Origin: Octopus vulgaris
Lineage: Eukaryota
Assembly (NCBI GenBank): GCA_951406725.2
Contig: OX597818.1
Location: 36,766,001 to 36,830,000 of the forward strand
DNA: 64,000 bases
Direction: 5' to 3'
In this document: positions 51,781-64,000 of the stretch, in pieces
Layout: every line of letters begins with the position of its first letter
How positions within the stretch are numbered: position 1 is the stretch's first letter
Made by a program: the position numbers and the translations under genes
The notes under the pieces: model-generated
The model's database searches: none
What the model saw: only the letters and a program-made list of their open reading frames with translations
Told to the model about the DNA's origin: nothing

Positions 51781-52371
51781 AAAATTATCACCATCACCTT
51801 CGTCAGCATCAGGGGTGGCTGTAGCAGCAGCAACAGCAGCATGATCGTCATTTTCGTCATCGTCGTCGTTGTCCTCACCATCATCATCATCAGCAGCAGA
51901 AGCAGCGATCATCTTCATTGTGGTCGTCGTCTTCATCGTTGTCACATCCATTGTATATCTTCACCATCAGCAGAAGTGGCGGTAACGATCCTCCTCCCCT
52001 CCTCCCTAGTCATCATCATCATCATCATCGTTGTTATCGTCATCATCATCATCATCGTTGTTGTCGTTGTCATCATCACCATGATCCTGATCAGTAACAG
52101 TAGCAGTTCTATCATTGGCAGAAGGCGACATAGTGTATTTTATTTTATTCATCCATTTATTTACTTAATTATTTGGTAGTGGTAATGGTGAATAATGGTT
52201 AATTATATCTTACCAGAGTTGTATTAACTGATACTTTTCTTGTTAATCAACTCCAATAGGTTGTAAAACAAAGTTAACCTTGTAGAATTCTACAGACGAA
52301 TGAATTGTTGTAAATGCATTTTGCTTCCGCTCAGTAAAAATAAACAATAACAACATCAGCTATAATAATAA

Positions 52372-52376
52372 TAATA

Positions 52377-52426
<50 letters not shown>

Positions 52427-52431
52427 TATTA

Positions 52432-52466
<35 letters not shown>

Positions 52467-52922
52467 GAGTGAGAGAGCAGTGCATTCCATTAAAGTGGCA
52501 CTGGGGTAAAATATATGAAGCCCAGTATATCCATCATGACTACCCGCCTGATAAGAGTACACTAGGCACATGCATCACAACCATATGTGCGCGACATGGC
52601 GATCTCATATCAAGATAAACAACGCATGACCTTGCAGGTGGGGCCCAGTTAGAATTTTCTTCTGCTCGAGTAGCCCATCCCACTCAAAAGGTCCCTGAAT
52701 AAGGGTTGTTTAAGGATGTTGAACAAAACACCCGTGTTTCCAGAGGTGTTATTCAAACTCCAAAGAATCCCTCTCAACACATGGCTATGATGCTCCCCCA
52801 CTACTTCTGCTCGTGATCAGTGATGCACATATCGTCAGCCACTAAGGGGCATGGTCAACTGGTTATGGTCAAACAACTGACAAGCAAATCTGTGGTATTG
52901 AGAATATTTGCTGTAGCCCATC
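52372..52922 (-). mobile_element. Repeat family D with (AAT)n tail (likely non-LTR 3' UTR)
   Basis: Reverse complement of 62733-63503 without the SINE insert; ends CTCTCTCACTC(AAT)n. Confidence 0.82.
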
Positions 52923-53130
52923 ACAACTATATGTGCCATGGATCACAACCATATTTGACTTCGCTTTTCTGGAATATTAATTTCTAGCTTCTAATCCTTT
53001 GAATAGAGAAATCCCACAGAATTTTGTATTTCTCCGAATTCAGCACTCTTTCGACCTAGTGGTAATACCATGTACCTCCAGTTTCAAATCTCCATTCTTG
53101 ACAACTCTTCTAGTGTAAATCTTTCACGAC

Positions 53131-53165
<35 letters not shown>

Positions 53166-54322
53166 CGTTAGTACTTCGGACAAAATGCTTATCGGCATTC
53201 CGTCTGTCTTTACGTTGAATTCAAACACTGATGATGAGATTGACTTTGCCTGTGCAAATATAATTTTGTACAAATGGGTTGTGCGTCTCACTATTTCTGG
53301 GCTTCATGTCGTCTCACGGTTCTGAAGAATATGCAGGCACTTCTGCAAGCCTTGCTCCATCGATGATGATCACACTGTCTCACACATTGGCCAGTGCTTC
53401 TGTTGCTCCTTGAGAACAAACTGAAGGCTCAACAGCTTTTCACGGGACAGATATATGTCACGCTTCTCGTCCCGCTTCTAAGATAAATTTTTCAAGTAAC
53501 AAGGTACTTGCTTCTGTTACGTACTACTGCCATGCTTTCAGTTACGATTGGTTTCTTTTGATTAATAAAAATAGCTTCTGTATTCTGCAGCAATGTCAGT
53601 AAAACTGCTACTAATAGTCTAGCACGACAAAATATGCGTAGTATAAAAGTATTTACAGTTCTCTCAAAACCATCGATAGGCTTAATCACTAGTGTTAATA
53701 TCTACAGAAATATAACTGTCACCTTCTTGCAAAGTGAAGGTGCACATTTACAAAAATATTCTTGTGTATTTTTTTTTGTTTCGCTTTATGGGTTGTTGTG
53801 TCCATTCAAGTTTTTCTTTGAGGAGGCATTGCCACCATCTCTTGTCACTAAATAAATGTGTTAAAAATTGTCTTTTATCACAAAGAAAATACAAAGGCAA
53901 ATTTTTCACCCGCTTTCGGTGCCCTAAGTACGCATTTCCCAACGCAGATATAATCGTTCAATTGTTAGAAAGATAAACAATATATATACATTCAAATAGG
54001 AGAGATGCGTGAGCACGTTTTACCAAACAAGAAACAACAAAAAAACAGCTACGACGACTACTAACCCCAACCACGACGCTGGTGATGACAACGACGACGA
54101 CCGTGGCACTGATAACGACGATAACTATGATAATGACGATGACAGCGATGGTGATGATTATAATCATGATAATGAGGAGGATGATGGTTGATTGATTGAT
54201 TGGTTGATTCTATAGATCAAAGGCGACCATAACGTTGAGGACAGCGCAAAAACAATAAATGAGAAACAATAGTGGTTACATTGAACAGAAATAAGAATAA
54301 CGACACATTAATATATAAACAA

Positions 54323-54680
54323 TTTCCGGGTTCAGTCCCACTGCGTGGCACTTTGGGTGAGTGTCTTCTGCTATAGCCTCGGGCCGACCAAAGCCTTGTG
54401 AGTGGATTTGGCAGACGGAAACTGAAAGAAGCCTGTCGTATATATGTATATATATGTATGTATGTGTATGTATATGTTTGTGTGTCTGTCTTTGTCCCTC
54501 TAGCATTGCTTGACAGCCGATGCTGGTGTGTTTACGTCCCCGTCACTTAGCGGTTCGGCAAAAGAGACCGATAGAATAAGTACTGGGTTTACAAAGAATA
54601 AGTCCCGGGTCGATTTGCTCGACTAAAGGCGGTGCTCCAGCATGGCCGCAGTCAAATGACTGAAACGAGTAAAAGAGATA
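54323..54680 (+). mobile_element. SINE family A, 5'-truncated
   Basis: Homology to other A copies. Confidence 0.88.
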
Positions 54681-55192
54681 GAAGAACAATATAGAAGACC
54701 AAAATATGAACGAGGGAAACTCTCCAAAATGGAAAAAAATAAATGGGGTGATTCTGATTGCACCGCTTGCACAACCCGTGTTACCCTAACACAAATCAAG
54801 AGTACTTATAAATTGTCCATATCTTCAATGTGGAAGTTCCCCTTAAGATGATTGTTTTCATTAAGACTAGAATCGTTCCCAGGTCACCATCCCTTATACG
54901 CCTCATTAGCTTTTTATGAAATACAAGTTGTGTCGTTCCACTGGTTACGTTGACCAGCAACGGTGGTGCAATGAACACTCGTCAATATTCCGAAGCGGGA
55001 AAGCTTGGTGAGCGATATAATATAAACCGCAGATGCTAATGCTTAAAGTAATATTGTGTGTGAATGTGTGTGCGTATGTATACGTGTGTGTGTGTGTGAG
55101 GGGGTGTGCGCGTGCATTCGTGCATGTGATTGGGTGTGTGTATGTCATCAAGTCAAATTCGTTTTCAACTGTTTTGAAAACGTAAAGGAGGT

Positions 55193-55319
55193 ACCAACCA
55201 CATGGTTCCGGGTTCAGTCCCACTGCGTGGCACCTTGGGCAAGTGTCTTCTACTATAGCCTCGGGCCGACCAAAGCCTTGTGAGTGGATTTAGTAAACGG
55301 AAACTAAAAGAAGCCTGTC

Positions 55320-55369
<50 letters not shown>

Positions 55370-55563
55370 TTGTTCCCCAACATCGCTTGACAACCGATGC
55401 TGGTGTGTTTGTGTCCCCGTAACTTAGCGGTTCGGCAAAAGAGACCCATAGAATAAGTACTGGGCTTACAAAGAATAAGTCCTGGGGTCGATTTGCTCGA
55501 CTAAAGGTGGTGCTCCAGCATGACCGCAGTCAAATGACTGAAACAAGTAAAAGAGTAAAGAGT
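55193..55563 (+). mobile_element. SINE family A, 5'-truncated
   Basis: Homology to other A copies. Confidence 0.88.
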
Positions 55564-57299
55564 ATAGTTCTAGAAGACTAGATTGTCACGACTGGAGCCA
55601 TTTTAACCCTAGGTCTACAAAAACAACGACACCAACCACATGATAGATTCTGGGTAACAGCGTTTTATTTGTGTGAATTCATGGCTTTCGCAACGCTGTG
55701 GAATAACATAACTGAATTGAAAGCAACGCACAAGAAAATATTAAGATGTTTCAACATTATAAATGTGAAATAGAAGATATTGCTCACCAGAGAATATCAA
55801 AGATTCGATCCTACCAATGAAGAAAGGATCATAAATATAAGGATTTGGCATCTGCTAAGTTAGGCATAACCGTGATTATTACAAGAATTAAGATTAATAA
55901 GCAAATACTTTAAAAAAAAGACAAGTGCTTCGTTACAAATAGCTAGCTAGAATAAGAAGAAAAGTATTGATAATGTAACGAGGGAACCTCTGCATTATCG
56001 CTCAAAGTGCATAAAAATAGAAGCCAATTCACTTACAATTTCACGAACTAATGAAGGCAGCTCTATGTGGTTGTCTGATATGCTGCAATCAGCTATCAAA
56101 TTTCCAACACCTTAGAATCTTAAAAATTGGAAGACAAATCGGATAATGTAGTCTTAAATTTACTATCTGCAAAATAAAAAAAAAGCGATGGCCATAGCAG
56201 GAATACCTTTGATAATATGTCTGCTAACATGAAATTGTACAACAACTGTTAATATGAAATATATTAGAATCCAATGTTACTAGCTGCAATTCGTTCCCAT
56301 ATTCGACAATCTCCTGTATAAACTGCTATAACCTAAAGAGGAAAGAACAACTGTAATAAATTGTCGTTTTATGACGAAATATGTTTTTCACCCGTTACCT
56401 GATGTGATATTCGTATTTTATGATATCCTTCACCCGCTATCTAATGTGATATATGTATTTATATGTCCTGAAAACCTTGGGTAGAAGACAAATAAGTATG
56501 ATATAATGGGTAGCAAATATTGGAGAATTATTACACCGGAATGTAACTACAGCTGACAATTTCTAATAGGCGTAACATTAAAAATATGATAGGATGCCGA
56601 GCGCAATTACAATGCGTGTGTAAAGACGAGGAGTTATAGTGAAAATAATACAATAATAAACACATGAAAACAGAATGATACAGACAGTTTGAGAGAGAGA
56701 CAGATAGACAGACGGATGGGGGAAAAGAGATTTAGGTAGGTAGATTCTGAAGCTGTTTATGCCAAGGAGATTTTAACACGGAAATAGGGAGCCTTCAGGT
56801 AGTTGTCCATCAAAAATCTTCATATTGCAGGGAGACAGAATAAAGCTCACTTATTTAGAAGCTGAAGTGAAAATGTCTGCGGGTTTAAAAATTTCCTCTC
56901 GCAAGCATGAGATGTACGGTTTGATTCCACTGCGTGGCAGCTTAGTGAAGTCTATTTTAACATAAGCTTTGTACGTATTTCCTCTACACAATTTCACTGG
57001 CCTAAGTGTAATTGGTTAGACGGAAAGAAACTCGTTGGATGAATGATACGTGCAATTCAAAGGGACAACCTGAAATATTTTGAATCTTACTGAGTATTTC
57101 ATTAAGGATACTAGTGTCTGCGGAACACTCAACCACTTACATTATAGTTCAAACTTCAAATTCCAGGTTGTTCTGTTGATCGAACAACTGGAACAGTCGT
57201 CGTTGAAACCGTCCGAAGATTCATCGTACATCTTTATAATTGCCAGTCGTGGAATTTTCAGAATAGCCATGACAAAATCCATTTTTCCTTTCTTTTGCT

Positions 57300-57566
57300 T
57301 TCATCTTTTTTACTTGTTTCAGTCATTTGACTATGGCCATGCTGGAGCACAACCTTTAGTCGAGCAAATCGACCCCAGGACTTATTCCTTGTAAGCCTAG
57401 TACTTATTCTATCGGTCTCTTTTGCCGAACCGCTAAGTAACGGGGACGTAAACACACCAACATCGGTTGTCAAGCGATGTTGGGGAACAAACACACACAC
57501 ATATATACACATATATATATGTATATATACACATATATATATATACACATATATATATACATATAT

Positions 57567-57610
<44 letters not shown>

Positions 57611-57740
57611 GATAGGCTTCTTTCAGTTTCCGTTTGGTCGGCCCGAGGCTATAGTAGAAGACACTTGCCACGCAGTGGGACTGAACCCGAAACCATATGG
57701 TTGGTAAGCAAGCTACTTGCCACACAGCCACTCCTACGCC
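57300..57740 (-). mobile_element. SINE family A
   Basis: Head at 57740, tail at 57300. Confidence 0.88.
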
Positions 57741-57934
57741 TAACTGTACTTCTTAGAACTTTAACCAATATAGCCATTCATCCATTCATTTTCCGTTCAC
57801 TATTTTGGAGGTGGTCGTGGGAGTAGAGAGCTCAGATACCTTTTCCATAGAGTCCTATCAGAGGCAACCATCATTACGTTTTATTTGTTTTTTGGTGGAT
57901 TCCCGAGTGTTACCAACTGAAATTATGGAATACC

Positions 57935-58147
57935 GTTTTCAAATTTTGGCACAAAGCCAGTAAATTCAGGGAGGGGGTAAGTCGATTACATCGACCTCGT
58001 ATTTAACTGGTACTTATTTTATCGACCTCGAAAGGATGGAAGGTAAAGTCAACCTTGGTAGAATTTCAGCTTAGAAGGTAAATACGGACGAAATGTCGCT
58101 AAGCATTTTGTTCGGCGTGCTAACGATTCTGCCACCCCACCGCCTTG
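57935..58147 (-). mobile_element. SINE family B, older
   Basis: Homology to other B copies. Confidence 0.8.
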
Positions 58148-58150
58148 AAA

Positions 58151-58360
58151 CTATGGAATATTTTCCAACCATGTTGTTGTTGGCCTATATCTATATCTCT
58201 TGCCGGTTGGCTCGGTTTGAACAATCCGTTTTGCAATCCATTCTTGTGACATTCTAATCACATGTTCGCAGTACTGCCACAGTGGCTTTTCAAGGCGGAG
58301 AAGTAGCAGAAACACCTGGAGAGAGTTCTTCATCTCCCAGCTTCGCACCCTGTAGAGAAA
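58151..58360 (-). mobile_element. RTE-clade LINE C-terminal fragment
   Basis: LWQYCEHVIRMSQEWIAKRIVQTEPTGKRYRYRPTTTWLENI resembles the RTE motif LRWxGHVxRM..GxRxRGRPxxxW. Confidence 0.75.
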
Positions 58361-58689
58361 CGTCAGTAGTATGAAACTCCAGCATGTAAAAATGCAAAAT
58401 TACGAGGGAACTGAGAGCGAAAATCAAGTCTCAATTCCCAGGTGTTCCCCGTTTTCACTTTCAATTTGGTTAATAATTATGTAGGAAAAGATATAGACGT
58501 TGTATAGTTTCATTTTATCTTCTCTATGAATGCAAGAACATGTGTCACTTTATTCTTGTGCCAACCGCAATATTTTATACATAATTTTATCTGCAAAACT
58601 GGGATGCGACTTGCTCACAAATAAATACGAAAAGTATCGGTAACAAAACACAAAACCTTCAACTACTAACATCTATTTACACGAATAGT

Positions 58690-59071
58690 GGAGGCGCAAT
58701 GGCCCAGTGGTTCGAGCAGCGGACTCGCGGTCGTAGGATCACGGTTTCGATTCCCAGACCGGGCGTTGTGAGTGTTTATTGAGCGAAAACACCTCAAAGC
58801 TCCACGAGACTCTGGCAAGGGTTGGTGGTGAACCCTGCTGTACTCTTTCACCACAACTTTCTCTCACTCTTTCTTCTTGTTTCTGTTGTACCTGTATTTC
58901 AAAGGGCCAGCCTTGTCACACTCTGTGTCACGCTGAATCTCCCCTAGAACTACGTTAGGAGTACACGCGTCTGTGGAGTGCTCAGCCACTTCCACGTTAA
59001 TTTCACGAGCAGGCTCTTCCGTTGATCGGATCAACTTGAACCCTCGTCGTCGTAACCGACGGAGTGCCACG
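58690..59071 (+). mobile_element. SINE family C1 with 12-bp TSD
   Basis: TSD ATTTACACGAAT at 58675-58686 and 59072-59083. Confidence 0.92.
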
Positions 59072-59529
59072 ATTTACACGAATGCCATTGAGCGAGACGC
59101 TAAATGGTTGACCGACAAGCTAGAAGTAGTGATCATATCTCCCTCAAATCACTTCATGTCCTCTTAATGAAAGGCTACATTAAATAATAGTCGTACATAC
59201 ATTTTAGAATGCTTTGATTATTTACGGCTGAAGTGCTAAATAACAGCAGCAACATGGATGTGAGATGGAAAATACTTCGAATACGAGTAACATACAAAGT
59301 TTAATTCTTATGTTAATAACAATCATAAGGATAATCGTTTTTAAAATATCAAAAAGAAGATTTAGGGGTGAGACTTAGTAGATTAAACGATCCCCGTGCT
59401 TGTCTAGTATCTTAATTATCGAAACCAAATCAATGAAAGGCAAAGTTAATTTCATCGAGATTTGAAGGCAAAACGGGAAGGGGTAGAACAAATATTTCGT
59501 GGCATTTTGATCGCGGCTCTAACGATTCT

Positions 59530-59946
59530 TATTTCTTTATTGCCCACAAAGGGCTAAACACAGAGGGGACAAACAAGGACAGACAAAGGGATAACGTCGA
59601 TTACATCGACCCCAGTGTGTAACTGGTACTTAATTTATCGACCCTGAAAGGATGAAAGACAAAGTCGACCTCGGCGGAATTTGAACTCAGAACGTAACGG
59701 CAGACAAAATACCTATTTGTTTACTACTCATAATGGGCTAAACACAGAGAGGACAAACAAGGACAGACAAACGGATTAAGTCGACTATATCGACCCCAGT
59801 GCGTAACTGGTACTTAATTTATCGACATTGAAAGGTTGAAAGGCAAAGTCGACCTTGGCAGAATTTGAACTCAGAACGTAGCGGCAGACAAAATACCGCT
59901 AAGCACTTCGCCCGGCGTGCTAACGTTTCTGCCAGCTCACCGCCTT
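59530..59946 (-). mobile_element. Dimeric SINE family B nested in an older B copy (about 59335-59990)
   Basis: TSD CTAACGATTCT at 59519-59529 and 59957-59967; junction near 59712. Confidence 0.88.
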
Positions 59947-62142
59947 ATACGATTTTCTAACGATTCTGTCAAGCTACCACCGCCGTTATTTTCTAACTGA
60001 AGCACGAGGCCGCCAATTTGGGGGAGAAGTCAGTAGATTACATTGTCTGCTGTACTTAACTGGTACAAAGTCGACATCAGCAGGATTTGAACTCAGAGCA
60101 CAAGGAACATATGGAGATCTTGACTAATTTAGCGCATCTGTAGATTACAGATGCAACTGAGCCGAAGAGAATTTTACGTTGCGTATGTATGATGCTCCTT
60201 AATAATAAACTATAATAGTAAAGTGAACGGGTCTATACAGAAAACTTGCAATTCTGACACTCATTACATCTTCCTCTGATGCAAACACTGCTTTCATTTT
60301 ACGAAATTCTAGAGACTAACGAAAGAAAAGACTTTTAATTCATACTTTTTCGATATCTTCTATTACATCTTTAAAAGATAACTAACTTCCCTAAGTTCTT
60401 TAATGTAAAAATTTCGAACTACTCTCCTAAATAACTGTCACAAGACTCTATCCAATATCAGATTTCGTTTTATCTAAAGGAATTTGCTTTCTAAAATTGA
60501 TTGATCTAGATATTATTTTTGTTGTACATGCAAGGAAAGAAATCTTTTAATCAGTGTTGAAGTGACTACTGTTTAAGTTTATTAATCTTCAACACGTGCT
60601 TTAGTCTTTAATAGTGCTACTTCCAAAATTGACCCGGCAGCTTCGTTATCAGTGTCATTTACATGGTACCATGCATTTATCGTTAGCCATTGGCACTAAT
60701 AACCGTAACATAAACACTCCAGGCAGTTTTCTGAAATCATTATGTTAATGATATACATTATCTAGCTATCCGTCTATCTATCTATCTATCCTTCTTGTTA
60801 TCTCTCTCTGTCTAGTTCTCTCTCTTTCTCTATCTGTGTGTGTATAGCTATTTAGTTACGTGTGAGTTCGTGCATGTGTGTATGTAAGTATGCATGTATG
60901 TATATATGTACGTTTGTATTTATATATAGTGTGTTCGCATGCATGTACTGCATATGTAGAGATGGAAATGCATTGAAATCGTAATGGTAAAGCTTTATGA
61001 ACGACGTGGAATGTTTATACACTCAACCGGTTTTAACATTTTTATGATTTTCACGTCTTTGTAATTAATGATGTAATAAGTTCATTATTTCTTAGCTGCT
61101 ATTTTCAATGAGGTTACAACTGCATACGTTTATATGTAGATGTCGACAGTAATAGATTAGATAATAAGTGAATATTAACAATCACAATGAAGGTAATTTG
61201 AAAAATTTCAAGTTTCTTGATCAATACTGATAATAAATATAAATATAGATTAATTAAACATGATTATTTAAATGCTGTTGATATTTTTCAAGGAATATGA
61301 ACTCTTTATGTATCTGTTGTTACAACATTAATATGAAGAAAAAAATTATATTTGATTTATCATTTCTACTGCTTATTGCTATATTTTTACTGCGAAATAT
61401 TTTCTTGTATCCTGGAAATCGAATTTACTCTGTATGCAGAATTATTCGTTTTCTTAAAAACACGCCCGTTTGTCCTATATAATTCTCTTAACATACTGAA
61501 CAAATTATTATGTACATTAGGTTTCCAAATAGACAGGAAAAATCATTTTATATTTTGACGATAGTTCTTGTTTAAACTGAAATGCTGATCTATTAAACAA
61601 ATAACAACAAATTTCCTAGCTGAGTCGCTCATACTTTCTGACCGATGGTTCTATTGCAGCTGAATATAATTTAGCATCTGTTAATATTCTCTTTAATCAT
61701 TCTAGTTGTCTTTTACTTCTTATAATTATATGTACTTTCAGAATTCTATTGTTTCTGGCATTTTTTCAGCATTTGTAAATAATTTTGAATAATATTATGG
61801 GATTTGTTGTTTCATACAAAGACATCGGTACGTGATCATTATTATAATAATATTGGCCACAAAATTCTTTTTTTATCTAAAGTCTAAAACTATAACAAAA
61901 ACGACACTGATTCTAATCTTACCAGCAATTTTGCTGTAATTTCTCGAAAGACGAAACAAAACCTCAGCTTAAAAACAACAATAAAAACAACAAAAATATA
62001 AAAAGATAACGATAAAAACAATTACACTTTTTAAATATACACAATATTTCCTCGGTTATGCAATAATTATGATACTAGTCTTTTTGGCAATCCTGTCATT
62101 GTGAATGACATTAATAACGTAAATACTAGAAGAGATTATTAC

Positions 62143-62186
<44 letters not shown>

Positions 62187-62322
62187 TTTTTGAACCAGTT
62201 GAAGACACACAAGATGTCGAAATATCGTTCACTAAATAACAATGGCACTCTTCTTTTAATTTTGACTCTATATCTTCTGGAGGAGTTACCTCAATCCTTT
62301 ATATATTATTATTATTATTATG

Positions 62323-62359
<37 letters not shown>

Positions 62360-62361
62360 GT

Positions 62362-62580
62362 AAGGCGGTGAGATGGCAAAATTGCTAGCACACCGGTCAA
62401 AATGTTTAGCGATCTTTCTTCCCGCTTTACGTTCTGAGTTCAAACTGCGCCGAGGTCAATTCTACCTTTCATGCTACCGGATTCGATAAGCAAAATAAGC
62501 ACCAGTTGAGCACTGGAGTTGATGTAATCGATAATTTCCCTTCCATAAAAATTTCTGAGCTTATGGCAATAGTAGAATAA
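62362..62580 (+). mobile_element. SINE family B, older
   Basis: AAGGCGGTGAGATGGCA head and B body. Confidence 0.78.
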
Positions 62581-62732
62581 ATTATTATACTTGCTGTCGC
62601 AGCCATTGTTGCTATTCTTATTACTATCACTACTGCTATTGCTTCTAAAATAATGATAATAATAATTGATTGGAAATGTTATCACTTACTGATTGGAAGT
62701 GTTATCATGTACGTTGTTTTCTTTTGGTACAC

Positions 62733-63462
62733 AAGATGGGCTACAGCAAATATTCTGCTCAATACCACAGATTTGCTTGTCAGTTGTTTTGACCATAACC
62801 AGTTGGGCATGTCCCTTGGTGGCTGACGTTATGCACATCTCTGATCACGAGCAGAAGTAGTGGGGAAGCATCATAGCCGTGTGTTGTGGAGGCACATGGC
62901 CTAATAGTTAGAGCAGCGGACTCGCGGTCGGGGGATCACGGGTTCAAATCTCAGACCGGGCGATGTGTGTGTTTATGAGCGACAACTTTCGCCACAACTT
63001 TTTCTCACTCTTTCCTCCTGCATCTAGCAGCTCACCAGGGACGGACCGGCGTCCCTGCCAGGTGGGGAACCTATACGCCAATGAAACCGGTAAACCGGCC
63101 CTTATAAGCCAGACATGGCTGGAGAAACAAGAAACAAGAATAGCCGTGTGTTGAGAGAGATTCTTTGGAGTTTGGATAATTCACCTCTGGAAATATGAGT
63201 GTTCCGTTCAACATCCTTAAACAACCTCCATTCAGGAACCTTTTGAGCGAGATGGGCTACTCGACATGAAGAAACTTCTAAGTAGGCCCCACCTGCAAGG
63301 TCATGCGCTGTTTATCTTGATATGAGATCACCATGTGGCGCATATATGTTTATGATGCATGTGCCTGGTGTACCCTTATCAGACGGTAGTCATGATGGAT
63401 ATACTGGGCTTCATATATTTTACCCCGGTGTCACTTTAATTGAATGCACTGCTCTCTCACTC

Positions 63463-63503
<41 letters not shown>
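62733..63503 (+). mobile_element. Repeat family D with (AAT)n tail, interrupted by SINE C
   Basis: Homologous to 52372-52922. Confidence 0.85.
62887..63139 (+). mobile_element. SINE family C variant with 14-bp TSD
   Basis: TSD ATAGCCGTGTGTTG at 62873-62886 and 63140-63153. Confidence 0.9.
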
Positions 63504-63504
<1 letters not shown>

Positions 63505-63997
63505 CTAGCGAAAAACTAGCTTACTGTTTGAACTGGGCTGTCAAAGTGTGATTTCGGTTGAAGAATTTTACAATGGCAACAACTAATCTTCAAAAGTAGT
63601 GAAGAAAGGGACTGAAGGAGAGAGAGGAGGGTAGAGACTGACAGACAGTCAGACATACAGGAAGACATAGAGTGGTGGTAAAGGACAGAGGGGAAGAGAA
63701 AGGGAATGAGACAGAGGGACAGAGAGAGGCAGAGAGAGAAGAAATATATGTGCTTTCAACAATAGGTTCAGCGTTGTAGCAGTCAGAGTGTTTCAAGTAG
63801 CTAACTTTCATATGTCTATGAATGAATAAAAGGGTACGTTTTGGAAATTAAAGCTTTAAGCAACGAAGGACGTGTTAATTTAATGTGAGAACGTGTTAAT
63901 TTAATGTGAGTCTAACGAAAAAACTAGCTTACTATTTGTGTATGTGTGACTTTGGCCGACGAATTTTACGATGTCAGCAAGTAATCTTCAAAAGTAG
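63505..63997. repeat. Diverged direct repeat of about 90 bp (63505-63599 and 63912-63997)
   Basis: AAAAACTAGCTTACT..GAATTTTAC..TAATCTTCAAAAGTAG occurs twice. Confidence 0.75.
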
Positions 63998-64000
63998 CGA

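Noticed and set aside
51141-52179. His-rich, Gly/Asp-rich and Thr/Ile-rich ORFs of 150-270 aa
   Set aside because: Four overlapping frames of one GGT/GAT mosaic; cannot be supported as coding without transcript data
54796-54978. 60-aa ORF in non-repetitive sequence
   Set aside because: No recognisable motif or splice support

Overview
AT-rich, microsatellite-saturated eukaryotic DNA. The repeat content suggests a coleoid cephalopod such as Octopus (inference only). I found no credible host protein-coding exon: almost all ORFs in the track are translations of simple repeats or SINEs, so the window looks intergenic or intronic. It is a dense, nested transposon landscape. Retroelements: three tRNA-type SINE families (working names A, B, C), an (AAT)n-tailed repeat (D), CR1/L2-type and RTE LINE fragments, and two Penelope-like elements (PLEs). 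DNA elements: four Tc1/mariner relics (IR/DR DD34E Tc1, DD36E Tc1, internally deleted DD37D maT, and a palindromic mariner derivative), hAT-like and Merlin-like MITEs, and a non-autonomous Helitron. The most interesting signals are four. (1) About ten minimal type-I hammerhead-ribozyme-like motifs lie in short PLE-terminus-like islands embedded in (TA)n tracts. (2) Two 5'-truncated retrocopies repeatedly occur joined head-to-head with their 3' ends outward, once inside a single TSD pair. (3) SINE-B occurs as multimers with a fixed junction. (4) A LINE 3' end shares the SINE-A tail stem-loop. Coordinates were read by eye and may be off by a few bases.
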